In this document: in pieces, positions 22,808-37,619 of the stretch | Layout of the letters: every line of letters begins with the position of its first letter | How positions within the stretch are numbered: the stretch's first letter is position 1 | Origin: Octopus bimaculoides | Lineage: Eukaryota | Assembly (NCBI RefSeq): GCF_001194135.2 | Contig: NC_068991.1 | Coordinates: forward strand, 56,193,354-56,257,101 | DNA length: 63,748 bases | Reading direction: 5' to 3' | Translations under genes and position numbers: made by a program | The notes under the pieces: generated by a model | Told to the model about the DNA's origin: nothing | Seen by the model: the letters and a program-made list of their open reading frames with translations, nothing else | Database searches by the model: none

Positions 22808-25800
22808 GTGTGTATATATATGTGTGTGTGTGTGTGTAATGTATGGTAAGGCCTCAATTTTCTAACTTACAAAAAGTTTATTTATTTTCACAAGTTTAAA
22901 TTACAAGCTAGTAGGCTCCAATAATCTTCAAAAATGTTTGTTAAATCAAAAATTTTAGTCTTTGCCAGAGCCTTCTCTACTTTTAATGTATTGTGTTCAA
23001 AGCTCAGTTTGATAGCTAAATTAAAATAACTACCAACATGATGACAGCTTTAAGGTCTTACATTGCTGAGATGTAAAATGTCTAAAAACACCATGCCAAA
23101 ATGTCGCCCAAAATTCAGCCTGTCTCAAATTCAGTGGTTTAAAAGATATATTAATCCTGCTTCTATCATATAATAGTTGGCCTACTGAAATTCCATTAAA
23201 CAGCTAAATGAACATGAAATAAAGCTGGATGAAAGCTGTCATGTTTTAAAATGTAACTAAATCACAGCTAGATATCAAGAAAAGCAAAATGAATCTTAAA
23301 TATATTTGCTGTGTCAATCAAATATTTATGTTAGATATGCTGACACAGTTTTGGGTTTTAGCTATGATTAAAAAATAATGATAAATGAAAACAGGGTAAA
23401 AGAAAAACAGAAGAAAAAAAACATCGATTTAAGGAAAGACACATAAGAAGTTTGACAAAGAAAATGGAAGACTCATCTCTGGGTTCAAATGAAATGAAAA
23501 GAAGGTTAAGTGGTTTTCTGCGAGAGAAGTTATAAAGCTTTATGTGATCTCTTTAGCTCTGAAAGTGTTTGAAAGAGGAGCCTCAAGTCAGGATACATTC
23601 CTTTCAGTGGCTGCTAGAATGCATGATAGATTATATCATATATGATGTAAAATATGTGTGTGGTTGTTTTACAACTGTGGGGTTTCAGGTTCAGTCCCAC
23701 TATGTGGCACCTTGGGCAAATGTCTTCTGTTATATAGTCCTGGGCCAACCAATGCCTTGTGCTTGATAGATGAAAGGAAACTGTGAGGAAGCCCACCTTA
23801 ATATATGTATGTGTATGTATGTGTATGTATATNNNNNNNNNNNNNNNNNNNNNNNNNNNNNNNNNNNNNNNNNNNNNNNNNNNNNNNNNNNNNNNNNNNN
23901 NNNNNNNNNNNNNNNNNNNNNNNNNNNNNNNNNNNNNNNNNNNNNNNNNNNNNNNNNNNNNNNNNNNNNNNNNNNNNNNNNNNNNNNNNNNNNNNNNNNN
24001 NNNNNNNNNNNNNNNNNNNNNNNNNNNNNNNNNNNNNNNNNNNNNNNNNNNNNNNNNNNNNNNNNNNNNNNNNNNNNNNNNNNNNNNNNNNNNNNNNNNN
24101 NNNNNNNNNNNNNNNNNNNNNNNNNNNNNNNNNNNNNNATATATATATTTGCATGTGTGTGCGTGTGTTCAAATGAGCAGTGTAGTTTATGGTTGTGTCC
24201 TTTTAAAACCTGTAACTTAGCATATTGACAAACAGAGATCAATAAACTATCTGATTGGAATAATTATTGGATTGATAATGATGGATTAAAACCTTGAAGG
24301 CTGTTCCCCCACTCCCCTTGCCTACCAATATGAATGCTGTAGTATCTGAAACTAGTAAATGAACACTCACTCTCTCACACACACACACACCCTGTTTAGT
24401 CCCTGACTAACTGGGCAACTATACCTAACAAGCAGCCAGCCAACCAACTATGGAATAATCTCTCTCTCTCTTTTTCTTTCCAGTTTTAATCAATCAACTA
24501 CTGTGGTGAGAGGCTGTCACACAATACTGGCATCATCACATCACACTGTAGCCAGCAGTTATTTACACAGCTACTTAAAACAAGTAGCAAGGTGTAGACC
24601 ATTTACAAAGACAGTTTTAGTCAGGGTGAAGGAGGAGGGAAGGGGCGGGGGAGAGAGAGAGAGAAAGAGAGAGAACAGTAGCCATTGTTGTCCAGGCACT
24701 AAAACACACACACACACACACACATTAAATACAATCACTCCATTAAAAGTGGTCAGCACCTCTCATTGTGAACAGCTTTATTGAAAGTCACCTCAATTCA
24801 CAGTAGCTATAAAATGAAATATAAATTAACTGTTGGTCAAGCTGACCAACAGAGAAATTGCCTGCAACATAGCAGTATGCATATTACTTTATACTTTGGA
24901 CCAAACACAAATGAGTGGGGAGGAAGGGATAAAGACTGGAAGGTTACAGGGACAAGGTTTTAAAAATTACCAGTGAAGTATAATAACATTTAATCCCTTG
25001 CCTGTCTGTGTGACACACAGGACACATTTCACTGGCATCCATGCATCATATATGATACACATTCCAAATCTTTTTTATCAACCACCAGAGTAACTTGGCA
25101 CTTATGGAAGGAAAACCATGGGCGCTTAGGACAAACTTATGAAAATGTTTTGGACAGGCAAAGGGCTAAGCAATATCATAAATGTTATTTTTCCTGAATC
25201 CTGAATATCCAGTTCCCATAGTGATAAGTGGACATGACAAAGGTGACACAGGTCCCCCAATCTAATTACTGATAGCTTATCTTACTGAAGGAACTGAACT
25301 AGGCATTGGCAGTCCAACAGATCATTAGTTAATTCCATCACACACATCACTGCACAACTCTTTACATTAATGGAGATAGAGAGACTCAGCAGTTACAAGC
25401 AAGGAGTATTTTTCACAGACCCAAATCCTATGATAAACACTGACCAAATTTTAGTGTCTAAATTCTCCATGATCATCTTTTAGTTCCGACAACTACCACC
25501 AACCTCGCCAGTAGAACTATAAACTGAATCCAGGAATCTTTTCAATTTTACTTGTTTCAGTCATTGGACTGTGGCTATGCTGGAGTACCGCCTTGAAAGG
25601 TTTAGTTAAACAAATTGGCCTTGTACTTATTTTTAAGTTATGGGGACATAAACAAAGTAACACTGGTTGTGAAGCAGTGGTGGGGGAACACACACGTACA
25701 CGCACACACCCTTGCTATCATCGCCATTTAACATCTGTGTTCCATGCTGGTATGGGTCAGATGGTTTGACAGGAGTTGGAAGGCAGAAAGCTGCACCAGG

Positions 25801-26184
25801 CTCCAATTGTGTTTTGGTAAGGTCTCTATAGCTGAATGCCCTTCCTAATGCAAACCACTTAACAGAGTGTACTGGGCTGCATTTTGTGTGGCACCAGCAC
25901 AGGTGCTTTCTACATGATATACATATATACAATACATACAGCAGTACCTTGGGCAAATGTCATCTATAACAGTCCCAGACAGCCCCAGGCCTACCAATGC
26001 TTTGTGAGAGAATTTGGTAGATGAAAACTGAAAGGATTATCTTTCTTTATAGTCCCTTACACTAAGTGGCTTGTTGCTTTGTTTGGGACTTTTTTACAAA
26101 AAACCAAAAAGACAAGAAGGGTGTCTGACCATAGAAAAATCTACATCAACAAATTTCATCTGAACCATGCAAGAATGGGAAAAT

Positions 26185-26560
26185 GGACAGGCATGGTTGT
26201 GTTGTTAAGAAGTTTGCTTCCCAACCACATGATTTCAGTTTCAATACCACTGTGTGGCACCTTGGGGAAGTGTCTTCAACTATAGCCCTGGTAGACTAAA
26301 GCCTTATGGTTGGATTTAGTGGACAGAAACTGAAAGAAGCCTTTATTTATGTGTGTGTGTGTGTGTGCATGTGTTTGTCCCTCACCACTGCTTGACAACT
26401 GATGCTGGTTTGTTTACATCCCCATAATTTAGCAGTTCAGCAAACAAGACTAGCAGAATAAGTACTACACTTAAAAAGTACCAGGGTTGACTAAAGACTC
26501 TTCAAGGTGGTGCCCCAGCATGGCTGCAATTTAATGACTGAAACAACTAAAAATAAAAAA
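26185..26560 (+). mobile_element. SINE family A copy
   Basis: Head-to-tail similarity to the family consensus inferred from copies in this window. Confidence 0.8.
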
Positions 26561-26980
26561 AAGATTAAATGGTGATGATGATGATTATGCTGATATTACT
26601 GGTAAATATTTTATCAGTCCCAGATGGATTAAAAAATAAAAAACAAAAACAAAACTTGCTCTGGCAAGATTTGAACTTGGATTAAAATCCAGTTCTGCAC
26701 ACCATAAAGTGTTCTTCAGTGTGTGTTAGTATCTTAACCATAGGGACAACCACCACCAGTCATTATTGGTTAAAGAAATATTACTGTTAGGCAACAAATA
26801 CAACAATCTAATGCCATGATATCAACTGAAATATTCAAAATGTCAGGAGTGAGAGAGAGTAGGTAGAGAGAGGGCAATCCTGCTCTCTGAGATAGCTTCC
26901 AATAAACCAGATCAGTAGAGCTGTCCAGGATTTAATCAACTAGAAAGGAATTTACATTTAATGAGATTTCTGCACATTGA

Positions 26981-27028
<48 letters not shown>

Positions 27029-27332
27029 TATCCATTCATCCATTTCTCTATCTTTCTCTCAAAATGTGAGTGTGAGTATATACAGACATATTCACATACA
27101 TACATATGCAATGGAGATGGAGAGAGAAAAATAAATAAATGGTTACCAAAATATAAACTGTAACATTAATGGCTTTTTTTTTCTGCATCATGATGCTAGT
27201 GATGATGATGATTGTAGGAAATAGATTTTCAGATTTGGATTTCAAATTGCAAAGTTATTGAACTATCAAAATAGATTTTTTTTTTTTGCAGACCGAAAAA
27301 AATTATTGTCATCAAGTGTGGTAGTGTATGCA

Positions 27333-27363
<31 letters not shown>

Positions 27364-28317
27364 GTATGTATATGCAAATCTGTGTGCACATATGTAAGTG
27401 TGAGTGTGCAAACTGATGTTTAAAAGAAACAAGATTGATGTTGTCCGAGAATATTCAAGATGGAAATATAGAAATTCATTCCTTTTTTTCCTTCTTTCAA
27501 TGAAATCTCTCCAACGTAGCAGTGATCTCAAATATAGTATAGAGATGCAGTTAGTGGAATTGGTAAAGCATATAGAGACCAATCAGCTCAAGGAGCTGGC
27601 TGTTCAAGTCCTCTCAACCCTGTTCAAGCCTCACTTTCTTTTCGATAAAAGTATGGTGTGATTTGAGAGAAGGCTGGCTGCTATTTCTAATGTATGAAAT
27701 GTCCAAAATAGAGGCTACCTCATTGGTTCTTTTTGCTATTGGCATAGTATTGTTGCCTATGGAACAGATATTGAAATAACCTAGTCTTTCTAGCAATGTA
27801 TAGCTACCATTGCTAATTCATTACTAGAAGCAGTAGGAACACAGTAAAATTGATGAGTGTTTCATTAGCTCTCTGTGCTGTAGGAGGAATTGCCAATAGG
27901 TAGTTAGTGTTTGGTGGAGCAAAGTGAGATCAGCCAAGTAGACTTGCACTGTATCTACATACATATCCATACTGTATGAAAACAATAAATATTTGAGAGT
28001 GTCTCTATGTGGTTACTCAAACAGCTAGAAATAGCAGCTAAATCACACACACACACACACACAGATGGGATAATATTGTCAAAGAGACACTATGTTAGAA
28101 AGTAAAACAGGTTCATCATGGCAGGTACACCTCTGACCACAGCCTGTCTGCTCAATTGTGTCTGACCTATTACATAACAATATAAATGTCTTCAGTGCTT
28201 CACAAAATAAGTCACTAGTGTCAAGAGATTCACTTGCATCACTATTATTCTATTAAGTTCAAAAATCCACAGGACAATGTGTAACATGTAGATTAAAAAG
28301 ACTGGGTTTGTTATATA

Positions 28318-28534
28318 CGAGGGGGTGCTGAAAAATTCCTGGCTTTAAGAGTATTGTGAAAGGCCTGATTGGAGGCCCAGCCTTCCAAGTTCTTTTACAG
28401 GGCTTAGAAAAACTGAAGGACCACTACAATAAGTGTGTGAATATGAGAAGGAAATGTGGTGAAAAAAATCATAATTAACCAATGCTCCTGTATTTTCCTT
28501 TACCCAAAGCTAGGAACTTTTCAGCACCCTATCA
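28318..28534 (+). mobile_element. Internally deleted mariner-like element
   Basis: TA-cgagggggtgctgaaaaattcc...ggaacttttcagcaccctatca-TA TIRs; interior encodes LQGLEKLKDHYNKCVNMRRKCGEK, like a mariner transposase C-terminus. Confidence 0.75.
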
Positions 28535-28630
28535 TAATGATGTGGAAATACTATTGAATGAAAATAGTGGGGGGAAAAAAGGGTAAACTAAAGAAAAAAC
28601 AATGGAAAAACAAATAAAATAGTGTCTTAC

Positions 28631-28774
28631 AAAATTTCCAGGTTTGATAAATCCTTGAAAGCTCCACGTTCTATGTGAGAAATGTGATTGTGGCCCAGGT
28701 AGAGAGACTTCAATGCAGCCAGATTGGCAAAGGAGTTCACTGTAATTGAACTAAGCTGGTTGTGGCTCAGATCC
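28631..28774 (-). CDS. LRIG: LRIG LRR exon, 144 bp: DLSHNQLSSITVNSFANLAALKSLYLGHNHISHIERGAFKDLSNLEI(L); absent from the ORF track
   Basis: Acceptor tttttacctccag|G, donor TT|gtaaga; two LRRs. Confidence 0.94.
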
Positions 28775-31543
28775 CTGGAGGTAAAAACACAAAGGGGAAA
28801 TCTTAGAAATTTGAAGTAGAAAAGACAAAGTACATAATTTTAAAACGATAGAAAATACAAGAAAAGAAAATGAAAAACAAAGCTAAACTGATGGGTTAGA
28901 AAAACCAGATATTGGATTGATTCAAATATTGATTTCAAATTTTGGCACAAGGCCAGAAATTTCAGGGCTGGGGAGTGGGGTTATGTCAATGACATCGGCC
29001 TCAGCAATCAACTGATACTTATTTTATTGACCCTGAAAAGATGAAAAGTCGACCATGGCAAAATTTGAACTCAGAATGTGAAGACAGTTGAAATGCTGCA
29101 AAGCACTTCTGGCCTCTCACATTTACCCTACAATACCATTCTAAAAATAACCACATCATTAAAATCTTGGAGCAATGAGATTGGGTAATTGAAAACCATG
29201 TGAATAAATTAGACAGAGTAATCTGAATACTCTATTCTACAATGCACAAAATATTTTAACAATTTTGTTTATACAATTCCTAATAATATTTGATTACAAA
29301 AAATATGATTTTTTTAAACATCAGATGGCTAGGAGTGTCCATCTGAATAAAATAGGAATCAAAGGGCTCTTTGGTAAAAAAAAATGGTTGAGAACCACTG
29401 GATTAAAGTGATCTAAAAATTTGTTAAAATATCATATAATTTACATTCCAAACATCAGTTTAATGATTCCACTATATTTTTCATTATTTTCAAAATTAAC
29501 TGATACAAAGAGGGTGTATTTCAAAAGAAATATGGTAACAAAACGGTTAAGTGTTTCTTTTAACCCTTTAGCATTCAGATTACTCTGTCAAATGTAATGC
29601 TTATTTTAGTCACATTGGTTTGAATAAATATTTCATTATCTCATAGCTTCATTGATGTGATTATATTTTATTTTAGACAGACATTGTAAAGTATGATAGG
29701 TCAACATAAAACTGGTAGAATATTTGGGCCAGATATGGCCAAGTTAAATGCTAAAGGGCTAAACTAGATTCATAGAATTCATATCAAGTTCCATTTATCT
29801 AAAATAGGACAACATTTTTCAACACCCACCCTATCAAGGTTTCCTTTATTTTTCTTTTCTTTTCTCTTGTTTATTTTCATTTTCAAAACTCTACATAATT
29901 GCATTCAATTGTTTAAGGCAGACAACTAGTAAATTTGATTTGGAGCTAGCCATTAAAATGTTATATTTTAATACGTCCCTGAAGGCAAGGCGGACTATGT
30001 ATGATTAGCAGTTATAGTTGAGATTTTCTAGATGTATTTGAATGGAGTGATTATCAATCTATAAAAATAATTTTCAATTTTAGATTTTCTGAATTACTTC
30101 CCAATATAACAACAGTTTGGTATCAATGTTGGAAGGGGAAAATTGCTTCACACAAACTGCTGAGGAGAAATTCCTGCTCAGCTCACCTTCCATACACCAC
30201 CACCACCACCACTACGACTACTATCACTGAGACATTCATGTTCTCTAGTGGCAGGCAACATTTCTTTCCCTTCTAGTTTTTTTTTTTTTTTTTTTTTATG
30301 GCAGCTACCATAGCTCATAGCTGTCAGCAATAAAATGAAGCAATAACAACAGTCTGCTGAATAAAACAGGGTCCCACAGTTTTTATACTCTCTCTGTGTG
30401 TGTGTGAATAAATGTATGTATGAGTATACACATATACATATTTAAGTGTGTGTGTGTATTTATATAATTCACCAAAGCCTAACCCTGGCATTCTGAGCTT
30501 ACCACCTGACAAGACCAGGTCCTGACCAAACTGGCAATACAAATAAATCATAACCCTGACAGCCATTCTCTCCCCCTTCCCTTCTATCTCTCTTTGTAAC
30601 ACACACACACTCTCACACAAATAAACAGAAAAGGCTAAGGAAACAGTCACCAGAATATATATAAAATAAAGGAAATTCAAGCTAGTGGTGGTATTTCTTC
30701 TCTCCCCTTCTTCCCCCCCTCTCTCTCTCTCTAACACAGCTTGGATTGATTGAGTGGAATCCTGATTTCTTCTTCTGGTTGCTGACATTTATTTATTGAC
30801 TTATAATTTCCACAGACAAAAAGGGGAACCTCAAGACTGAACACTAAAGGCTGAAACTAATATTAAACTATTGGAAGCCTGAAAGCCAACTACTTCTCCA
30901 TGCTTGATATGTGTGTATGTGAAGGACAAGGTAGAGACAATGTATTTTGACGGCAAAATTAACAAAATTTCTATGTCACAGTTGAAAGTTTAATCCTTAG
31001 CATTTAAACAGGCCATATCTGCTGCAAATATTCTTCCTGTCTTTTATTCAAACTGGCCAGATCCAGCTTCTCTTACCTATACTACAATGTCATTCTAAAA
31101 ATAAACAATCACATCATTAAAATCTTAAACCTATGAGATAAAGCATAATTAATTCAAAATAACGTGAATATATAACATACGTTACATTTGACAGAGTAAT
31201 CTGAATGCTGGGGTGGGGGGTTTAAACTGCTTTGTATCTATGGTTCTTACTCTTCTAGACCCTAAACCTAAGTGTCTAAAATTAATTTTTCAAAATGATT
31301 TAGAGTTTGGAAAAATATACTCTTTTAGTCTTTTACTAGCTTCAGTCATTTGATTGCAGCCATGCTAAAGCATCACTTTTAGTCAAACAAATTGACCCCA
31401 GACTGGAGCAACAGGGAATGATGAGTTTTGTTCAAGAACACAATGTGCCACCCAGTCCAGGAATCAAACCCACGATCTACTGCTCATGTGTGCGACACCC
31501 TAACCACTAGGAATATATCAACCCAAATCATATTTGGGAAGAG

Positions 31544-31580
<37 letters not shown>

Positions 31581-31668
31581 CAGAATAACTGCCTTTTGCA
31601 ATAATATATGAACACATAGTTGAAAGAGGGAGGGGGAGAGTAATAAAATATAGAAATGTAAAACTTAC

Positions 31669-31740
31669 AATTTCCTGAGTAACCGACAAGATTCCCATCC
31701 ATCAAGTTCCACTGATTTGATATTATTGTGTGTTAAAGAT
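31669..31740 (-). CDS. LRIG: LRIG LRR exon, 72 bp: SLTHNNIKSVELDGWESCRLLRK(L); absent from the ORF track in this frame
   Basis: Acceptor cttcctccaacag|A, donor TT|gtaagt; WExC motif typical of this LRIG repeat. Confidence 0.93.
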
Positions 31741-33257
31741 CTGTTGGAGGAAGACAAAAGAGACACATTAGATTAAGACTTAGAAAGGGGTTTGGCTAAC
31801 AAGAAACTAACAAGAGATAAGATAACAGAATTATACACATGTTGCACTGAGTGTATAGTAAACATACTGTAATAAATGTCAGTATCATTTTGTGTGGGGT
31901 TGGTTTTAACATTTCTACAATTAAATTATTGCAGCCAGATTCACAGAATTTAAGTACAAATTCAGCACAATAACACACTGGATGATAAAAACGGTTCTTG
32001 CAGACTTTATCTTTGTCTAGCACACATGTAATCATCAGGGTGGAACATATCATTTGCCAAAAAACACACATGGTGAAGGGTGGGCGGAGGCTGGAACTCA
32101 GTAGTACTACCATCCAACTGGTTAGACGAGACAGTTGACATTTGCAAATATCTTTTGCATCTTCTTGTACCTTTTGTATTTTATTGCTCGACCAACCAAA
32201 TCCTATCTGAGATTTGTCCGTGGATGTAAAAATGAAAGTAAGTAATGAGCAGAAGGAGGCTGGAGCAATTTTTGTCTTTTCTTGGGTCCCTAAGACTCAT
32301 AAGGCTGGTTTCCTGGTTTCTATGGCATAGAGGAGATGGAAACCACAGCATTTCCCTGAATGTGGCATTGGTCTCTGGCAGGGTTCAAGGCCTACAATTT
32401 TGAAGGGAAGGTACAAGTTGATGACATTGACCCAAGCATTGACAAGTATTTTATTTCATTGACCCGGAAGGAAGGAAGGAAGGAAGGAAGGAAGAAAGGA
32501 AAGGCAAAGCTGATCATAACAAGATTTGAACTCAGAATGTAAAGAACGAGAAGAAATGTTGCAAGGGATTTTGTCCAACATGTTAATAATTCTGTCAGCT
32601 CGCTACCTTGGCTGGAACAATAACTATGTATTAGATATTTGCTCAGTGTGAGATATTTAGTTCTTTTTTTATTCTGTTCATGGAATTATCTTGTACAAAT
32701 AATAGCTGCAAACACACTGATGTATGTTCATGTCCAGTTGTGGGCAGGCATGATAACCAAAGGTTGAAACATTAACGCAAATCCAGCCAGCAATAAAATT
32801 ATATATGAATAAGGACCTAAATCATATAATACAGGTAGCAGTTAATATGTCCTCAGGCTCTTAACTCCCAGTAGAGTCATAAATATACCCGCATCATGAC
32901 ATACAGCATTTTAGATCTGGCAGAACCTCCTACCTTCTATGCGTCAGACCTCTTCCACAGAGGAAGAGGAGAAGAAAAAATCAACCACAGTACAAGACTA
33001 ACACTTTATTTCTTGACTCTGAAAAGCATGAAAGGCAAAGTTGCCCTCAGCAGAATCTGAATTCAGAGTGCAGATAGCAGGAAGAATACACACAGCAAGA
33101 TGTTCTATTTGATGCTTCCAACAATGTCAACTCACCACATTGCTATCTAGGCTGATACCAATAGAAAATGAGTCAAACATAACATATTCATAGTATACAA
33201 TTCCTTAAATCCATGCTCACTTTTGTATTATAAGCTTACTGACATAAGATTTAGGAC

Positions 33258-33288
<31 letters not shown>

Positions 33289-34584
33289 TTCTTGTTTTAA
33301 GGGAAGTAGGTAATTTGGCAATTGTTATACAGAATATGTTGAATTAGAACAGGTAAGGCCACAACTTGGCAAGAAAATAATGTAAAAATATTTTTTTATT
33401 CAGGCAGTTGTTTACCTCTAAGTGATAATTTTGTTAATTAGATACTAACTGAAGTGGAAGCTTACTTAATGAAGATAATTCTTCTAACTTATTATACACA
33501 TAGAAATATATGCACACACACACACGCACAAACATTTCAATCAAGTGATATTAGCACTCCCAGCCAAGTTATAAAATACACACACACACACACACACACA
33601 AAAAAAGAAGAAAAGTGTGTAATACCCTGATTCCAGTTAAACAGCAAATTCAAATAGCAGTAATTAATAAATCATTAGAACTATTGTTATTTTTGAAACA
33701 GTTAACGAAGGTTAGGGAAAGAAACGGACAAGAATAATAATAATAGTATATATAATGAATTAAATTCAGTGAGAGCAATAATAATAATAATAAACTCAAA
33801 ACTAACAATTTCTAATTAGCAGTAGCATTTATGTGTGCTAAGGGCTTGCACTTGCCTGAACCCCATAGGTAAAAAAAGAAACAAAGCCGAAAAGGTGTCA
33901 ATAAACAAAGCCTAGCTTTGATTTGTAAAGTTGTTAATGATATTATCCAGTACAAACCAGTTTGTTATGAGGCAGAGTTTCTTATATTCAATGTGTGAGC
34001 AGGTGGAAAATGCAAAACATGGGAACATATGGACAAGAAATTACTGGATTACAAAAACTATGTAAATGAAAGAGAAAAACGAGCAAGAAAAGAAAGATTT
34101 TTTCTCCCCTGATTGAGATATTTAAAGAGTTTAATTTGAATTATACATTTGTCTTCTCTCCCTCATTCACACACACATGCACAGACACACATACAAATAC
34201 ATAATATATTCATGACCACCTGGAGAAAGTGACATAAAACCATGCGTTCCTTGTGATAATTGATGCTGTGTTAAGATATATTAAATTTTATTTTCCTATG
34301 ACAAAAAAATGTACAAATAATCTTTGTACATTCATTTCAGGGATTTTGTCAGCTATACTTGATCAAGTTAAGCCACTCCACTGAGGTTGCAGATAATTTA
34401 CATATAGGGGATAAAGACTGAACTTGCTTTGTACTTCTTGCTCAACACTGAGGAGGTAAATAAGTAAGGTTATACAATTCTTCAGCAAGAAGTTATGTAA
34501 TCCTGGCAGTTAATTTGATGAAATACATGTATGTTTTATAAAAGATAAAATACCAAATATTTTTCCTGCATTTTATTAATTATG

Positions 34585-34769
34585 TATTCTTTTATTCTTT
34601 TACTTATTTCAGTCAGTTAACTGAGGCCATGCTGGAGCACCACAATTTAGTTGACGAAATTGATCCCTGGACTTATTCTTTGTAAGCCTGGTACTTATTC
34701 TATTGGTCTTTTCTACTGAACTGCTAATTTACGGGGAATGTAAACACGGGACACACACACACAAATATA

Positions 34770-34818
<49 letters not shown>

Positions 34819-34976
34819 GATGGGCTTCTTTCACTTTCTGTTTATCAGGTCGGCTCACAAGGCTTTGGCCAGCCTGAGACTGTAGTAGAAGACACTTGCC
34901 CAAGGTGCCATGCAGTGGGACTGAACCTGGAACCATGTGGTTGGGAAGCAAGCTTCTTACCACACTGTCATGCCTT
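34585..34976 (-). mobile_element. SINE family A copy
   Basis: Reverse-complement match, internal (TA)n. Confidence 0.8.
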
Positions 34977-35228
34977 CATACATATATAAAACTTGTGTGG
35001 CTATAAAAACCATTATGTTCTTATAGCACATCATTATCAATGGAAGTAATGTAGGATAAGAACAGCAAGAATCAAACTCTGGGACACTGACTTAGTTTAC
35101 TGGGTAGCTTTATGGCATTCTATGGAACAAGGTATTTTTAAGACATGGATGGAATAAAGTTTCCATAATCAGGCGATATTTCCTGAGGCTACCTCTGTAA
35201 AATTAGATTATGACAACTGAGATTAGAT

Positions 35229-35500
35229 CAGTGGTTTCAACCATTTTTTGCCTATGGATACCTTTGATTCCTATTTTGCTTACCTGTCCTCCCCACCATG
35301 TTAAAAAAAATCCGATTATATTTGTATGATTAAATCATCATCATCGTCGTTTAATGTCCGCTTTCGATGCTGGCATTAGGAATTGTATAAAACAAATAGT
35401 TAAAATATTTTGAGTACTGAAGAAGAATAATTAATTTATTACTCATAAACTTTAACAATAAAATCTTATATGGATCCCCATGGGTCATATAGAACGACTG
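35229..35500. mobile_element. hAT-like non-autonomous element with 8-bp TSD; truncated reverse copy at about 29228-29400
   Basis: cagtggtttcaacc...agaacgactg termini; flanks gattagat / ggttagat (7 of 8); contains a family C tail fragment at about 35335-35375. Confidence 0.7.
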
Positions 35501-35985
35501 GGTTAGATTTTCTATCATTATTTTCTTTTTTTCATGTAAAAAGCTGTTTTTGTATCCTAATAATGCAATTTTGATCTCTCAATAATATAGACTTTCCTGA
35601 AGATATCCTTGAAGGGATTATGAATATAATTTATATCACATTCTCTGACAAATCTGGTTGGAGTTATAACTGTATATATTAAATAATTACACTGCAAACT
35701 ACACAAACACACATTTATGAGTGAGAAGGATGGAAGTGAGATATACATATATTGTATTTACTCGTGTATAATTGTACTATTTTACTCTTGATTTTGACTA
35801 AAAAAAACTGGGGTGAGACATATATGGAGCAAAGCTTAAACCATGAAAAGAAAGAGATTATGACCAATATTTAACACATAATTTGGGGTGCAAATATGGT
35901 AGAGATGTTTGAATGTCCAAACATATATTACAATATATATTACATAAAAGCATACAAACAATAAATAGAATAAAATAAATCTTAC

Positions 35986-36057
35986 AATTGTTTTAATGTT
36001 TTTAATCCATACAACCAGCCTTTCGATATCGTTGAAATATTATTGTGATTCAATTGT
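35986..36057 (-). CDS. LRIG: LRIG LRR exon, 72 bp: QLNHNNISTISKGWLYGLKTLKQ(L); absent from the ORF track
   Basis: Acceptor gtctttccag|A, donor TT|gtaaga; contains the LRIG-typical GWLYGL motif. Confidence 0.94.
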
Positions 36058-37475
36058 CTGGAAAGACAAATAATAAATAAACATATAATATTTATAAAGA
36101 AAATAATATGTATTAAATATTGTAAAAGATATATAAGATATGTGGTCTGGTGACAAACAACAGATAAATTATTTATCAGGTTTGTTTTCTTAAGAGATTG
36201 ATTTTATTGATTGACTAATTCATTCAGTCATGATTGGTGACTGAATCAAACAAGGAGCCATATTGGATGAAAAGGACAACCATTGACTGAATTTAATTTG
36301 CAAAGGATCTTTCACCAGAGGAATGCCACCAATATGGATCTTGCTCTCAGTGTATGCTCAGTTGGACTGTAGCTATGTCAGCGTTTTCTACAATACTGTT
36401 GTTGGTGTTGTAGCAACCTGCCACTTGTGATCCTCTGAGCTGCTGATAAAGATTTTGTAGGCTTCAGTTCCACCAATGATCTAGAGCTTTCCTTTGCACT
36501 GCCAATTATTACTAACCTATTCTCTGGCAACCTGCATCATCATTTAACACCCACTTTTCCATGCTTTCATGAGTCAGACAGAATTTGTTGAGGTTTTCTA
36601 TGGCTGGATGTCCTTTCTGCCACCAAGTCTGACCTGTTTCCAAGTAAGGTAATATTTTCCCATGTATGATGATGATGCTCACTTATAACTACCACACTGT
36701 GCCTGGACAAGAGTACACACACACACACACACACACACAGAGGCTTCTTTTAGTTTCCATCTGCCAAGTTCAAGTTCACTCAAAAGGCTTTAGTCAGTCT
36801 GGATGTTATAGTAGAAAGCACTTGTCCAAGGTACTGTGCAGTAGAACTGAATCCAAGACCTCATGGTTGGGAAAGAAGCTTCTTAACCATACAGCCATCT
36901 ATGACTGTCGTTAATTCTGGTTTATGAATTAAATGAATGAATGAATGAATGATAAACATCTTTTCATCATCGTCATTTAACGTCTGTTTTCCATGGTGGT
37001 ATGGGCTGGATGGTTTCACAAGAGCTGGGAAGCCAGAGAGCTGCATCAGGTTCAATTTATTTGTTTTAGCAAAGTTTCTAGAGCTGGATGCTATTACAAA
37101 CACCAACCACTTACAGAGTGTACTGGGTGCTTTTCATGTGGAACCAGTACAGGTGCTTTATATGTGGCCCCAACACAGGAGCCTTTATGTGACATCAGCA
37201 TGTGTGATTTTTACAGTATACTTTCTTAGGAAAGCCAGCTACCAATTTCCTAATTTTATAAATGGAGGTAATGTAGAAGTGTTGTCCTACCTTAAAACAT
37301 TAATAAAATACCTTCAGCAGCTTTGAAGTCACAACATATGAGTTTGCAACCAAGTTTTTTCTTTCTAATTTTAGCATACAGACAATTTGGTAATAACTCA
37401 GAGTGTGTGTGTGTGTGTGTGTGTGTATTTATATAGGATGTGTGATTAATGCAAAAAGAAGATTTATATACTTAC

Positions 37476-37619
37476 AGATTTTGGATTTTTCCTAATCCAA
37501 AAAATGAACCATCTTTTAGTTTAGAGATGAAGTTTCTTTTTAATTTGAGGATCTGTAAGTTATCCAATCCACGAAATGATAAACTTTCAATAACAGTGAA
37601 CTTATTCCGTGACATCTCT
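37476..37619 (-). CDS. LRIG: LRIG LRR exon, 144 bp: EMSRNKFTVIESLSFRGLDNLQILKLKRNFISKLKDGSFFGLGKIQN(L)
   Basis: Acceptor aattacag|A, donor CT|gtaagt; lies in ORF 37472..37654. Confidence 0.95.

Noticed and set aside
34341-34455. Plus-strand ttcatttcag...gtaaat segment as an exon of an antisense nested gene
   Set aside because: Stops in the frames examined and no partner exons; such signals are common in AT-rich DNA.
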